A stretch of 64,000 nucleotides of DNA from Candidatus Parcubacteria bacterium (GTDB lineage Bacteria; Patescibacteriota; Minisyncoccia; UBA6257; 2-01-FULL-56-20): positions 205,007 to 269,006 of the forward strand of contig DAIDJL010000002.1 of assembly GCA_027450205.1 (NCBI GenBank), given 5' to 3'. The translations under genes were made by a program, and so were the position numbers. Of this stretch, positions 8,730 through 18,667 are shown one piece after another. Every line of letters begins with the position of its first letter. Within the stretch, counting starts at the first letter, position 1. The notes under the pieces are model-generated. The model made no database searches. It was not told where the DNA came from and saw only the letters and a program-made list of their open reading frames with translations.

Positions 8730-8801
8730 GGGGCGCGTAGCTCAATGGCAGAGCAGACGTCTTATACACGTCCGGTTCCAGGTTCGAGTCCTGGCGCGCC
8801 C
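8730..8801 (+). tRNA. tRNA with anticodon TAT (Ile-type, AUA decoder)
   Basis: Acceptor GGGCGCG/CGCGCCC, D-arm GCTC-AATGGCA-GAGC, anticodon stem GACGT/ACGTC with loop CTTATAC, T-arm CCAGG-TTCGAGT-CCTGG, discriminator A. Confidence 0.7.
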
Positions 8802-8820
8802 ACAATTTCTCTTTTTAGGT

Positions 8821-10650
8821 TTACGCCGCGATCGGCTTGATCTTGAACGGTTTTAGTACGGCGTTGAAGTCATCCTGTTCCAATACCTCTTTTTCGATCA
8901 ATGTGTCGGCGATCTTTTTAAGCGCAGCTTTATGCGTCTTTAATATTTTCTCCGCTATGTCATGTGCGTGCATAAGGAGTTTGCGTACCTGCTCGTCAAT
9001 TTCGGACGCGACACGCTCGGAATAGTTCTTTTCGTTGGATATTTCCTGGCCGAGGAACATCATCTGTTCTGTTTTGCCGAAAACGATAGGGCCGAGATCG
9101 CTCATGCCGTATTTGACCACCATGCGCCGCGCAAGCTCGGACGCTTCCTTAAGATCGTTCGACGCGCCGGTGGAAATATCGCCGAATGTAAGCTTTTCCG
9201 AGACATATCCGCCCATCATCATTGAAAGATCGGCAAGAAATTGATTGCGCGTCTTAAGATGCTGGTCTTCGCTGGGGAGCTTCATGGTATAGCCTCCGGC
9301 GAAGCCCCGGGAGATGATGGAAACTTTTTGCACGGGGTCGGCATCTTTGACCGATGCTGCCACAAGCGCATGGCCGCCTTCGTGATATGCGGTGATCTCT
9401 TTTTCTTTTTGCGAGATGACACGGCTCTTGCGCTCCGGTCCCATGATCACTTTTTCCGCCGCCTCGAGCAGCTCCGGCTGGCCGATCGATTTCTTGTTAT
9501 GCCGCGCGCTCGCGATGGCGGCCTCATTCATTAAGTTTGCAAGGTCGGCGCCGGAGAATCCCGGCGTGCGTGCCGCGACGCGGCGGAGGTCTACGTCCTT
9601 CTCGAGCGTCTTGCCTTCGGCGTGGATCTTTAATATTGCTTCACGGTCGTTCATGTCGGGGAGATCAAGGATGACGCGGCGGTCGAAACGGCCCGGGCGG
9701 AGCAGCGCCGGGTCGAGGATATCAGGGCGGTTCGTGGCGGCGAGGACGATGACGCGCGTGTCGCGGTCAAAGCCGTCCATCTCCACAAGGATCTGGTTCA
9801 GCGTCTGCTCGCGCTCATCGCTGCCGCCGCCCATGCCGGCGCCGCGCTGGCGGCCGACGGCGTCGATCTCGTCAATGAACAGGATCGCCGGCGCGGCGCG
9901 CTTGGCTTGCATGAAAGCGTCGCGCGTGCGTGATGCGCCCACGCCGACGAACATCTCTACGAATTCGGATGCGGAGATATAGAAGAAGGGAACATTGCTT
10001 TCGCCTGCGACTGCGCGCGCGACGAGCGTTTTGCCTGTGCCCGGAGGGCCCATCAAAAGAATACCGCGCGGGATGCGTGCGCCGAGATCAAGGAATTTTT
10101 GAGGATTTTTTAAGAAGTCCACAACCTCGATCAATTCCTCTTTTGCTTCCCTTAACCCCGCGACATCCTTAAAAAAGACCCGGTCTTTGACGTTGGAAAG
10201 CTTAAGGTTGGAACGGCCGAAGTTGAACGCCTGATTGACGCCGGTCTTCGCCTGGCGGAACATGAACCAGAACAGGATGCCGATGATAAGGAGTGTCAGT
10301 ATCGGATCGACCAAAATACCCGCCCAAAACTGCCATCCGGATTGGTTTACCACCTGGAGATCCACGGTTTGCAGGGCTTGCTGGTTTACGCCAAGATTCT
10401 TCAGCGTGTCGGAGATCCCGGACTCTGCCTCTTTTTGCGCGATCGCCGCACTGCCATCCGTCATGGTGATATCAAGTTCGTTGCCGTTCACCTTGATCTG
10501 CTTGACCTGGCCGGCGTTGATGTCCGCCACGAGCTGGTCAAGGTTAAGTGTCTTCGGCTGGGTTTGCGGCCCGACGAAATAGGAAAAGACGAGCGAGATG
10601 ACGATCAGTGTAATGACCGCCCAAATGATATTTTTGGTAAGGTTGGACAT
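8821..10650 (-). CDS. ftsH: ATP-dependent zinc metalloprotease FtsH
   Basis: N-terminal TM, AAA Walker A GPPGTGKT, second region of homology, HEGGHAL zinc motif; 609 aa. Confidence 0.95.
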   Translation of the reverse strand: MSNLTKNIIWAVITLIVISLVFSYFVGPQTQPKTLNLDQLVADINAGQVKQIKVNGNELDITMTDGSAAIAQKEAESGISDTLKNLGVNQQALQTVDLQVVNQSGWQFWAGILVDPILTLLIIGILFWFMFRQAKTGVNQAFNFGRSNLKLSNVKDRVFFKDVAGLREAKEELIEVVDFLKNPQKFLDLGARIPRGILLMGPPGTGKTLVARAVAGESNVPFFYISASEFVEMFVGVGASRTRDAFMQAKRAAPAILFIDEIDAVGRQRGAGMGGGSDEREQTLNQILVEMDGFDRDTRVIVLAATNRPDILDPALLRPGRFDRRVILDLPDMNDREAILKIHAEGKTLEKDVDLRRVAARTPGFSGADLANLMNEAAIASARHNKKSIGQPELLEAAEKVIMGPERKSRVISQKEKEITAYHEGGHALVAASVKDADPVQKVSIISRGFAGGYTMKLPSEDQHLKTRNQFLADLSMMMGGYVSEKLTFGDISTGASNDLKEASELARRMVVKYGMSDLGPIVFGKTEQMMFLGQEISNEKNYSERVASEIDEQVRKLLMHAHDIAEKILKTHKAALKKIADTLIEKEVLEQDDFNAVLKPFKIKPIAA

Positions 10651-10790
10651 GGGAGAGTTAATTAATGTATTACAATTATATGAATATTTCCTTACATGGT
10701 CAAAGATCTATGAATAAAAACTCCGTCATTTGTCGGGAAGAGCAAGGCTTTGGAAGCCCGTTTCCCGGGGTAAATGGCGTTTAGGGCGCA

Positions 10791-12551
10791 TTATCGCGCC
10801 GCGCGCAACGCGTTGAAGATCACCGCCACATCGATGCATTCCTGCAAAATAGCTCCGGTGACCGGAGGAATATAGCCGAGCGCCGCAAACATCATGCCAA
10901 CAACAGAAAGTCCGATGCCCCATATTATGCTTTCCTTCGCGATGCGCGTGGAGTCGTTCGCGATAAGAAGGATGGAGCGTACCCGCTCGATATCATGGCT
11001 GAGGATCGCGACCGATGCCGCTTCTATGGAGGCGCTGTTCTCGGTGCCGGAGAAAACTACGCCAACATCAGCGAGCGCGAGCGCGGGTGCGTCGTTCAAT
11101 CCGTCGCCGACCATCATCACCTTCCCCCCTCCGGCCTGTGCGGCTTTCACGATCGCAAACTTGTCTTCCGGGAGGCAGTGCGCGTGGATCGTTACGCCGA
11201 GATCTCCGAAAAGCCGCTCCGCATTCTCTTCTGAGTCGCCGGTAAGGATGGCGACCTTATAATATTTTTTTAATTGTTCGAGCAGCTTCGCGGTGCCGCC
11301 TTTTATTTGATCATCAAAGATGAGCCGCCCTGCGAGCGCGGCACCGGCGTACACATCGACAGCGATGCCATCAGCTGCCCTGGTACCCCTGGATTTTTCG
11401 ATGTGAAACACCGTGCCGTTGACCGTACCCGTGATGCCGTCACCGATCTTTTCAATGACGTCCGTTGCGGCATAGCTCGCCATGGCTTCGGAAAGGCCGC
11501 GTGCAGCCCTAGCCTGGACGACGGCCTTTGCGAGCGGGTGCAGGGAATGCAGTTCGATCGCCGCCGCCGCCGCGATGATCGCTTCTTCGGAAAATCCCTG
11601 TGCGAGATCTCTCACTTCCCGCAGGCGAGGCTCGCCGAGCGTGAGCGTCCCGGTCTTATCAAAAAAGATGGTCGTGATCTCGGAAAGCGTCTCGAGCGCT
11701 GCGGGCTTCTTTACCACGATATTTTTTCTTGACGCTTTATTGAGCCCGCCAAGGAAGCTTACCGGCGCGGCGATGAGCAGCGGACATGGCGTCGCCATCA
11801 CGAGCACGCCGAGCAGATTGCTCCACTGATGCGAAAAAAGATATGCGCCGGCGGCGAGCAAGAGTGTGATCGCCGTGAAGCCATAGTTGTAGCGCTCTGC
11901 CAGGCGTACGGTCCGCGCCGGATGTGCTTTCGCCTCTTGTACCAACCCCACGATCTTTTGGTATGTGGAATGCGAAAAATCCCCGACCACGCGCAATTCG
12001 ACGGATGATCCAAGATTGATGAGCCCGCTTTTTACGAGTCGGCCCTTTTGGTATTCTTGCGGTTCCAGCTCTCCCGTGAGGTTCGCTTCGTTCATCAGTG
12101 CGTGTTCGGAGGCAAGATATCCATCGAGCGGAACGATCTCCTCTGGCCGGATGAAGATAATATCACCCTCTTTTATATCGCGGATGCCGCGCGTTTCAAA
12201 TGTGCCGCTATCGGTCTTTACCTGGCAGGCCTTGGGTATCTTCTCGACGAAATTTTTGAGCGCGGCCTCCGCCTCGCGCGAACTGTATGCCTCAAGCGCC
12301 TCGCTTACGAGGATCATAATGGAGACGACCGCTCCGGCGATAAGCTCGTTCGTTGCGAGCGAGACTACCATTGCGAGGATGGCGATGTAGTCCAGCGAAT
12401 ACTGCCGCTGCCACATCTTTTTTACGGAATTATGTACGAGCACAAAAAGACCGATGCCGATCGCGGCAATAAAAAACAGGGAACGAAGTCCCGTTGCAAA
12501 TCCCGCGATGGTGAGCAGGAAGACGAATGAAGGGAGATAAAATTCCGCCAT
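10791..12551 (-). CDS. P1B-type heavy-metal ATPase with TPCP transmembrane motif (P1B-5-like), no N-terminal metal-binding domain
   Basis: DKTGTLT phosphorylation site, ATPCPLL in TM6, GDGLND hinge, about 8 TM helices; 586 aa. Confidence 0.8.
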   Translation of the reverse strand: MAEFYLPSFVFLLTIAGFATGLRSLFFIAAIGIGLFVLVHNSVKKMWQRQYSLDYIAILAMVVSLATNELIAGAVVSIMILVSEALEAYSSREAEAALKNFVEKIPKACQVKTDSGTFETRGIRDIKEGDIIFIRPEEIVPLDGYLASEHALMNEANLTGELEPQEYQKGRLVKSGLINLGSSVELRVVGDFSHSTYQKIVGLVQEAKAHPARTVRLAERYNYGFTAITLLLAAGAYLFSHQWSNLLGVLVMATPCPLLIAAPVSFLGGLNKASRKNIVVKKPAALETLSEITTIFFDKTGTLTLGEPRLREVRDLAQGFSEEAIIAAAAAIELHSLHPLAKAVVQARAARGLSEAMASYAATDVIEKIGDGITGTVNGTVFHIEKSRGTRAADGIAVDVYAGAALAGRLIFDDQIKGGTAKLLEQLKKYYKVAILTGDSEENAERLFGDLGVTIHAHCLPEDKFAIVKAAQAGGGKVMMVGDGLNDAPALALADVGVVFSGTENSASIEAASVAILSHDIERVRSILLIANDSTRIAKESIIWGIGLSVVGMMFAALGYIPPVTGAILQECIDVAVIFNALRAAR

Positions 12552-12618
12552 ACCATCCCATTATACATCTGCACCATGCAAATGCCGTTGCGCCGCCCGC
12601 GCGGAGTATACTTAATGG

Positions 12619-13167
12619 ATGAACAAAAAAAGATGGGCGGGCGCGGCGGCGGTGCTTGCGGTCGGTATTGGCGCGTATGTTCTTTTTGGAATGCACCGAC
12701 AGGCCAATGCGCCAACCATTGCGGCATTCGATCCGCTTGGCGCGACATATACGATCGACGGGCAGCCGGTCGCCCTGGCCAATGGCAGGTCGCAGGTGCC
12801 AGCTGCGCCGGGATCCGCGACGCAGGTGACAACCGTGGTATTCGGACAGCCCGCGGTCGGCGATCTGAATGGCGACGGAAGAGCCGATGCCGCTGTCATC
12901 CTCCAGCAGGACTCCGGTGGGAGCGGAACGTTCTATTATGCCGCTGTCGCCATCAACACTGCGGCGGGCGCGCGGGGATCGAATGCTATCCTCCTTGGCG
13001 ACCGCATTGCTCCTCAGAATATTTCCATTCAGAATGGGCGGGTCGTCGTGAATTACGCCGAGCGTAATCCCGGAGAACCAATGACCACGCCGCCCTCGCT
13101 TGGCGTGACAAAATATCTTATCTATCAAAATTCGGCGCTCGTGGAAGCCTCTTCGTCGGGCCAATAA
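12619..13167 (+). CDS. secreted hypothetical protein
   Basis: Signal peptide MNKKRWAGAAAVLAVGIGAYVLFG; 182 aa. Confidence 0.5.
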   Translation: MNKKRWAGAAAVLAVGIGAYVLFGMHRQANAPTIAAFDPLGATYTIDGQPVALANGRSQVPAAPGSATQVTTVVFGQPAVGDLNGDGRADAAVILQQDSGGSGTFYYAAVAINTAAGARGSNAILLGDRIAPQNISIQNGRVVVNYAERNPGEPMTTPPSLGVTKYLIYQNSALVEASSSGQ

Positions 13168-13210
13168 TTTTGTGCTCGTCGACTGCGCCGCTGGCGCATT
13201 GCGTCACTCA

Positions 13211-13780
13211 CTATCGTATCCCCGTGTCGCAGCTGATAGCGACGTTCTTGGCGTCTCCCGCGGCGATGGCGACGAGCTGCTCGTTGCACCGTGGATATGC
13301 TGATGAGGCCGGGGCATAAAAAAGATATTCACCGGCGGGAAGTGAAACGCTGAACGTACCCGAGGCGCTGCTCTGGATGGTCATGAGCGGCGTGGGGGTT
13401 TCGATGTTTTTGGAAACTGCGATCAACGTCTGATACGCGCGCGGGGCGCAGGCGGGGTCGGGCGGGATCCGTTCCACAGGGCACGTCGGCGAGAGTGAAA
13501 TAGTTCCATTTATGACGCCGTTACCCGGCGTTGGCGCGGGCGTTGAGCTTGTCGAGGATGTGGTGTTCGTCGCGCCGGGACATGCAGCAAACGCGCAGTT
13601 CGGGCCGGTACGGCCTACGTAGCTACCGTCGGGGCAAAGCATTGTCTCCTGCGTGCATGCCATGTCACCGCCAGGCGGCGGATTTGAGAAAATACCTTTT
13701 TGGAAAATAACGTACGACGTGGCGATGACAATAATAACGACGCCGATCCCGACGCCAAAAAGAAGCATCTTATTGTTCAT
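13211..13780 (-). CDS. secreted Cys-containing protein ending CDTGIR (paralog of 44097..44597)
   Basis: N-terminal TM, S/T/P linker, then conserved about 100-aa C-domain PTCPVE.IPP.P.CAPR.YQT...SKNIE.P.P.MT.QS.ASGTF...YPRC.EQLV..AAG...CDTGIR. Confidence 0.6.
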   Translation of the reverse strand: MNNKMLLFGVGIGVVIIVIATSYVIFQKGIFSNPPPGGDMACTQETMLCPDGSYVGRTGPNCAFAACPGATNTTSSTSSTPAPTPGNGVINGTISLSPTCPVERIPPDPACAPRAYQTLIAVSKNIETPTPLMTIQSSASGTFSVSLPAGEYLFYAPASSAYPRCNEQLVAIAAGDAKNVAISCDTGIR

Positions 13781-13817
13781 GCTGTAAGTATACCAAGTAT
13801 GACGATCGTAGCCGTCT

Positions 13818-14159
13818 CTAGTCGTCGTTTTCGCGGTGCTGCACGATCGTTGGGGGAGGAATCGGCGCAGGGGCTGGGGTTGCTGTCGGTGCGGAGGTTG
13901 GCGTAGAGGTTGCCGCTGCCGTGCTTGCCGGCGATGCGCTCTCTTGCGCAGAGACGTTGCCTGTTGTCGTGCTCGTTATGGATTGCGGCGCAGGCGTGAT
14001 CGGCTGGACCCCTGCGGCGTTCCCCCGCAGAAATGCCGCTGCCGCGATAAGGCAGATGAGGAGGGCTGTGTTTACAACAAAGAGATAATTGTCGCTTGAT
14101 GGTCGCTGTGTTGCCACGATATTAAAAACTATATTACGCGAATCCCGGGAAAAAGTCAC
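13818..14159 (-). CDS. small membrane-anchored Pro/Thr/Ala-rich protein
   Basis: TM followed by low-complexity TSTPTSAPTATPAPAP tail; overlaps upstream gene end; weak. Confidence 0.25.
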   Translation of the reverse strand: MTFSRDSRNIVFNIVATQRPSSDNYLFVVNTALLICLIAAAAFLRGNAAGVQPITPAPQSITSTTTGNVSAQESASPASTAAATSTPTSAPTATPAPAPIPPPTIVQHRENDD

Positions 14160-15651
14160 TCTTTATCTTAAAGCGCGAAACCCCCATATCGCGGAGCGTC
14201 GTCTCGAACGCGTCGACCATGGTGTGCGGTCCGGAGATATAAAACGTGCGGTCGCGGTAATCGGGGATCTGTTGCCGGATGAGGTCCGCGCTAACGGGCC
14301 CATTATACGTTCCCGGTACGGGGGTCTTTTCGTTGGTGAGCGCATAAATGGTCTTTATGCCGAGTTCGGTTTCCGCGCGATCAAAAACATCTTTATATGC
14401 GATGTCGCCGGCATTCCTGTTGGAATAGAACATGACGATGGGCCGCCGTTCTTTTTTATCAAGAAGATATTGGACCATGCTGCGGAACGGCGTCACGCCG
14501 ATGCCGCCGGCAATGAACACAAGTTTCTTGCGCGGATCTTTCGGGAGCGTGAATCCTCCTGCGATGTGCGCTGCGGAGATCTTGTCGCCGGCCTTCATTG
14601 CAGCGAGTGCTTGTTTGAATGTGCTGGATTGCGGATAGAATTTTACGCCGAGGTGTACGGAGTCTTCGGTCGGCGAGGAAGCGATGGTGAAATAACGCCG
14701 GTTTCCGCGATTATCCGGATAACGGTGTCCGAGAGTCCATTCCATATATTGCCCCGGCGCGAAAGAAAGCCTTCTGTCGGGTGCGAATATGAAATGGTAG
14801 ACGTCCTTTGCCACTTCTTCTATCTCTACCAGGGTGAGCATGAATCGCCCTTTGGGACTTACCGCATAGGAAAAAATATTACCAAGGAGCAGCGCGAGTT
14901 CGGGGCTGAAGTAGAATGATCCAATATGGACATTGGGTGCGAAGAATAACCCCACCAGTGCGCCGTATGCGATGCGGAGCGCGCGCGTAGGCGGTGTGGT
15001 AAGCGGTTCGGTAAGCATTACGAATGCAAAGAAGAAAAACGATGAACGGAGCAGGGTTTCCATGATCGGCGTCACATATCCGCCCGTCGGGCTTGTCAAT
15101 GCGACTGCTATGAGGGAAACGGCGGCAAAGCTTGCCACAAGGTCGAAACGCTGGACCTTCCGCACGATAAGCAGGCCGCCCACGAGTACGAAGGGCAGGA
15201 GCGGAAGATTTCCGGCGACCCACCATGTCGCCGACTGGCCGATGACGAGGGCCGAAAGCGCCACGCCGAACGCCGCAGGATTAAAAAGATGTTTTTTCCC
15301 GATCGCAAAAAGATATTTTGACGCCATCGCCCACGCCGATGCGAACACGAGGAAGCCGACGCCGGCGCTGTTTCCTGCAGTGACGGGAGTGATGATGAGG
15401 GCCAGGATGAGCGCGGTGATGTAGACTGATTCCACGTTCGTCACCGCATCAAAGATCTTTGCGCATATCCAGTTTGTTGCCCAGGAGACGGCGATGATAA
15501 CGATGGTTGAAAATGCGAGCGCGGTCGGATCGTAGGGAAGTATTCCGAAAAAGCCGAATACGAACGCGATGCCGAGAAGCGCCACAAGGTAATAGAGCAC
15601 GAGGCGGTACATCGTGACCCGATTGAGGAGATTATCTACCAAAGAGATCAT
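14134..15651 (-). CDS. polytopic membrane protein fused to an FNR-like FAD/NAD(P)-binding oxidoreductase domain
   Basis: C-terminal RRYFTIASS (RxYS FAD motif) and GGIGVTP (NAD(P) motif); N-terminal roughly 270 aa multi-TM; 505 aa. Confidence 0.75.
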   Translation of the reverse strand: MISLVDNLLNRVTMYRLVLYYLVALLGIAFVFGFFGILPYDPTALAFSTIVIIAVSWATNWICAKIFDAVTNVESVYITALILALIITPVTAGNSAGVGFLVFASAWAMASKYLFAIGKKHLFNPAAFGVALSALVIGQSATWWVAGNLPLLPFVLVGGLLIVRKVQRFDLVASFAAVSLIAVALTSPTGGYVTPIMETLLRSSFFFFAFVMLTEPLTTPPTRALRIAYGALVGLFFAPNVHIGSFYFSPELALLLGNIFSYAVSPKGRFMLTLVEIEEVAKDVYHFIFAPDRRLSFAPGQYMEWTLGHRYPDNRGNRRYFTIASSPTEDSVHLGVKFYPQSSTFKQALAAMKAGDKISAAHIAGGFTLPKDPRKKLVFIAGGIGVTPFRSMVQYLLDKKERRPIVMFYSNRNAGDIAYKDVFDRAETELGIKTIYALTNEKTPVPGTYNGPVSADLIRQQIPDYRDRTFYISGPHTMVDAFETTLRDMGVSRFKIKSDFFPGFA

Positions 15652-15664
15652 GTGGGTTTATTGA

Positions 15665-16228
15665 TTATGCTTTGGCCTGCGCGAGCGCCGATGCAAGCGA
15701 TTGCTGGAAGGCGATGCTTGTATCGGTCGCGCCGGAAACAATGTTCACGTTCGCGCTTTGCGCCTGGATGGCTTCCTGCTGCAGGTACGGCATTGCCTGT
15801 TGGTTAATATAGACGGATGTGCTGTGGGTGTCCGGATATTGGAGGAATTGCACGCTTGTGAGTCTGCCGTTTTGGATGGTCGCTTGGACCTGAACAAGGC
15901 CGTAATAGGCGTCGGCCGCCGATCCGGTATAGGTTCCGTTAACATACTGCCCTGCGGGTTTCGGGGCGGGAGTTGGAGCCGGAGCAGGCGTAGGCTTTTT
16001 CGCCGATGCGGAGGCTAGTTTTTGCGGCGTGGATTTTACCGCCGTCGGTGTCGGTGTTGGCACCGGGGCGCTCCCACTGCCGGCACTGTCGGCGATAGGC
16101 GAACTGGTTTGCTGTGTCGTTGCGGAAACGGCCGTTGTGGGGGCTATGGGCGCTGCGTTTTGATTGGCAAATAAGACATAAAACGCCGATGCCGCCACAA
16201 GTCCGAATGAAAAAAAAGCCTTCTTCAT
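15665..16228 (-). CDS. secreted FMN-binding-domain protein (paralog of 21752..22180)
   Basis: Signal peptide, PT-rich linker. C-terminal domain GTYTGSA.DA.YG.VQVQATI..G.....F...P.TH...S..INQQAMPYLQQEAI.AQSANVNIVSGATDTS.A. Confidence 0.7.
   Translation of the reverse strand: MKKAFFSFGLVAASAFYVLFANQNAAPIAPTTAVSATTQQTSSPIADSAGSGSAPVPTPTPTAVKSTPQKLASASAKKPTPAPAPTPAPKPAGQYVNGTYTGSAADAYYGLVQVQATIQNGRLTSVQFLQYPDTHSTSVYINQQAMPYLQQEAIQAQSANVNIVSGATDTSIAFQQSLASALAQAKA
15680..15850. repeat. about 170-bp near-identical segment shared (inverted) with 22020-22190
   Basis: Revcomp of 15713-15800 matches 22027-22115 base for base; two or three mismatches in the adjacent 50 nt. Confidence 0.85.
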
Positions 16229-16320
16229 GGTTCTTATCCACTAATACGCGACGCGGGGGCATTTTAGTGCGCCCTATGAATTATTTTTCCAGCGCGTGGC
16301 GTATTATATAGGATATTACC

Positions 16321-16923
16321 ATGAGCTCGAGTATTATTACGATGATGGCAGTCGATGATGGCGAGAGAGCGGAAAATTCCAATGCTTCCGGCGCGACCGA
16401 CGAAACCCTTGTTTCGCTCGCGCTCATTGATGACCGCTATTTTGAAGTGCTCGTCGAACGGTATGAGCGGAAGCTGCAGCATTATATCATGCGATTCATC
16501 AACTGCAGCGAGCAGGATGCACAGGACATCATCCAGGATGTTTTCATCAATGCGTACCGGAACCTGAACGGGTTTGACACCGGTCTGAAGTTTTCGTCGT
16601 GGATATACCGGATCGCGCATAACCAGGCGGTGAATCATCTGCGGCGCATCGCTGCACGGCCGACGGTGATCATGGACGACGAAGCGTTCGACGCGCTCGC
16701 GTCGGAGTTAAACGTTGAGCACGATGTCGGAAAAAACATGGAACATGCGGCGCTCCGCGCCGCGATCGGGCGGCTCGATGAAAAATATCGGGAAGTGATC
16801 GTGCTCCGTTATTTGGAGGGTAAGAGCTATGATGAGATATCGGATATTTTGCGAAAGCCGCGAGGAAGCGTCTCGTCGCTCATTACGCGCGCAAAAAAAC
16901 TTTTAAGAACATCGTTGCCGTAG
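16321..16923 (+). CDS. ECF-type RNA polymerase sigma factor (sigma-70 regions 2 and 4)
   Basis: Region 2 DIIQDVFINAYRNL...SWIYRIAHNQAVNHLRR; region 4 HTH at C-terminus; divergent from the FMN-binding operon. Confidence 0.8.
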   Translation: MSSSIITMMAVDDGERAENSNASGATDETLVSLALIDDRYFEVLVERYERKLQHYIMRFINCSEQDAQDIIQDVFINAYRNLNGFDTGLKFSSWIYRIAHNQAVNHLRRIAARPTVIMDDEAFDALASELNVEHDVGKNMEHAALRAAIGRLDEKYREVIVLRYLEGKSYDEISDILRKPRGSVSSLITRAKKLLRTSLP

Positions 16924-16933
16924 CGAAAATCCA

Positions 16934-17353
16934 ATGTCCGAAACCAGCAAGAAAATAATAGAGACGATCCATGAGCGGCACATCACGCACCGCCCGAAAT
17001 GGTATTTCTTCATTAGAAACGCTTTCGTGTGGGCCGCGCTCGTCGGATCGGTGTTCCTGGGCGCTCTCTCCTTCAGTATCGAAGAAACGGTGATAGAGAA
17101 GGGCATCGGCCTAAGCTGGTTCCCCGGTATCCCGTTGCTCTGGGTCGCATGCACGGCGCTCTTTGTGGTGCTCGCGTTCCTTAACCTGCGCCTTACCAAA
17201 GAAGGGTATCGGTATCGGGCGGTATGGATCATCCTCGGCCTTTTGCTCGTTGTCGCCACATTCGCACTGCTCTTTGGGCGGGAAGGCATCGGCGAACGGG
17301 CGGAATCGGTGATGGAACGTGCTTCGTTCTATCATGTTGCAGGAGAGCAATAA
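16934..17353 (+). CDS. membrane protein, putative anti-sigma partner
   Basis: Immediately downstream of the ECF sigma gene; 3-4 TM helices; 139 aa. Confidence 0.4.
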   Translation: MSETSKKIIETIHERHITHRPKWYFFIRNAFVWAALVGSVFLGALSFSIEETVIEKGIGLSWFPGIPLLWVACTALFVVLAFLNLRLTKEGYRYRAVWIILGLLLVVATFALLFGREGIGERAESVMERASFYHVAGEQ

Positions 17354-17506
17354 GAGCTTCGCCATATCACGGATCACGCATTAATTCCCCGGCACCCCGC
17401 GTAATAATAAATACAGAGATATGAACGCCGGTCACTCTGGCGTAATAATAGCCTCTTTTTAAACATCCGCTGCGCTTCCGGTGCGGACGGGGGTCATCTT
17501 AAAAAA

Positions 17507-18667
17507 TTGCTTACAGAAAAAATAAAGGATAACGGCCGCAGGCGGTCGTTTTGGAAAAAATGGCTATCTCTGGGTATTGGCGGCGCGATGCTTTTGTTGG
17601 TCGTTGCCGTGCTTTTTATCAAGCTTGATACTGCCGCCGCGGCGAATTTCACCGACCAAGTGCTGCGCCCCGTGATCGGAGACAGCCAGGTGATCTCTCT
17701 GGAGGGGCTGTTCTTCAATATTTCCGACAAGGTCAACCAGATCACATATCGGTTTATAAAGCCCGCGAATTCGTTCATTTTGAACGGCAGCGTGGCTATT
17801 TCGGCTTCCGATACTGCTGCGCAGTCGTCTGCATTGAACTTGTCGCCCCTGTCGGTTGCGACCGCCAGCATCTCGGCTGGAGAAGGAATATGGCGAAATA
17901 TTCCCCTAAGCTTGTTCCCGAACAATATCGTTCTTGCGGATACGTTCATTACTCCGGACCCCGCACGTCCGTATGCTTTTGTGACATTGGCACAGATGGA
18001 TATGTCCCGGCTGCGGCTTTGGAGTGTGGCAGGAACGCAGGAACCGGGTGGCAAGGTGGGAAAACCGGGGCCAGGCGTTATTCCCCGTAATGTCCAAGCC
18101 CAGGGTACGCTCGTCGCGGCGTTTGATGGGGGGTTCCAATATCGCGACGGGCAATATGGTATGGTGGTGGGGAACACTACATACCTGCCTCTTAAGAAAG
18201 ATCTGGCGACGCTCGTCGGGTATAATGATGGCCGGCTGGCCATCATAAAATACGAGGGGCAGGATCTGGGTGGTGGCGTCGCGTTCGTTCGTCAAAATTG
18301 TCCGATGCTTATCGAGAATGGGATCATTGAAACGCAGAACGAGGCAAATAGGAAGCTTTGGGGGCGGACGATAACCTCAAGCATCTATACGTGGCGGTCG
18401 GGGATCGGGATCACTGCAAAAGGAAATTTGATCTTTGCGGTAGGCAATTCGCTGGTTCCGTCAACGCTCGCCGCGGCGCTCGCTTCAGCCGGGGCGGTGG
18501 ATGCCATGCAGCTTGATATCAATCCATATTGGGTGCGATTCAACACGTTTAATAACTATGCCAATGGCGCGTATGCGCACGCAACAATAATGAACGGGGT
18601 CTTTGACGGATCGTATAATTATCTCCATGGATATCAAAAAGATTTTTTTTATATCACAAAAAAATAA
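17507..18667 (+). CDS. secreted protein, phosphodiester-glycosidase-like (DUF2233/NAGPA-like) C-terminal domain
   Basis: N-terminal signal anchor; C-terminal AAFDGGF...AMQLD pattern resembles phosphodiester glycosidase family; 386 aa. Confidence 0.45.
   Translation: MLTEKIKDNGRRRSFWKKWLSLGIGGAMLLLVVAVLFIKLDTAAAANFTDQVLRPVIGDSQVISLEGLFFNISDKVNQITYRFIKPANSFILNGSVAISASDTAAQSSALNLSPLSVATASISAGEGIWRNIPLSLFPNNIVLADTFITPDPARPYAFVTLAQMDMSRLRLWSVAGTQEPGGKVGKPGPGVIPRNVQAQGTLVAAFDGGFQYRDGQYGMVVGNTTYLPLKKDLATLVGYNDGRLAIIKYEGQDLGGGVAFVRQNCPMLIENGIIETQNEANRKLWGRTITSSIYTWRSGIGITAKGNLIFAVGNSLVPSTLAAALASAGAVDAMQLDINPYWVRFNTFNNYANGAYAHATIMNGVFDGSYNYLHGYQKDFFYITKK

Noticed and set aside
9241-10665. Multiple long + strand ORFs (e.g. 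9392..9982, 10235..10582) inside ftsH
   Set aside because: They lie antisense to a confidently identified conserved gene in high-GC DNA. Stop-codon depletion in the antisense frames is expected and the translations are low-complexity Arg/Ser-rich.
12422-13167. ORFs 12430..13164 and 12422..12832 on the minus strand
   Set aside because: They overlap the secreted-protein gene 12619..13167 and the ATPase start, have Arg-rich junk translations and look like high-GC frame artefacts.
17494-18295. Minus-strand ORF 17494..18246 (250 aa)
   Set aside because: Fully antisense to 17507..18667, which has a signal peptide and a recognisable domain pattern. The antisense translation is Pro/Ser/Arg-rich.
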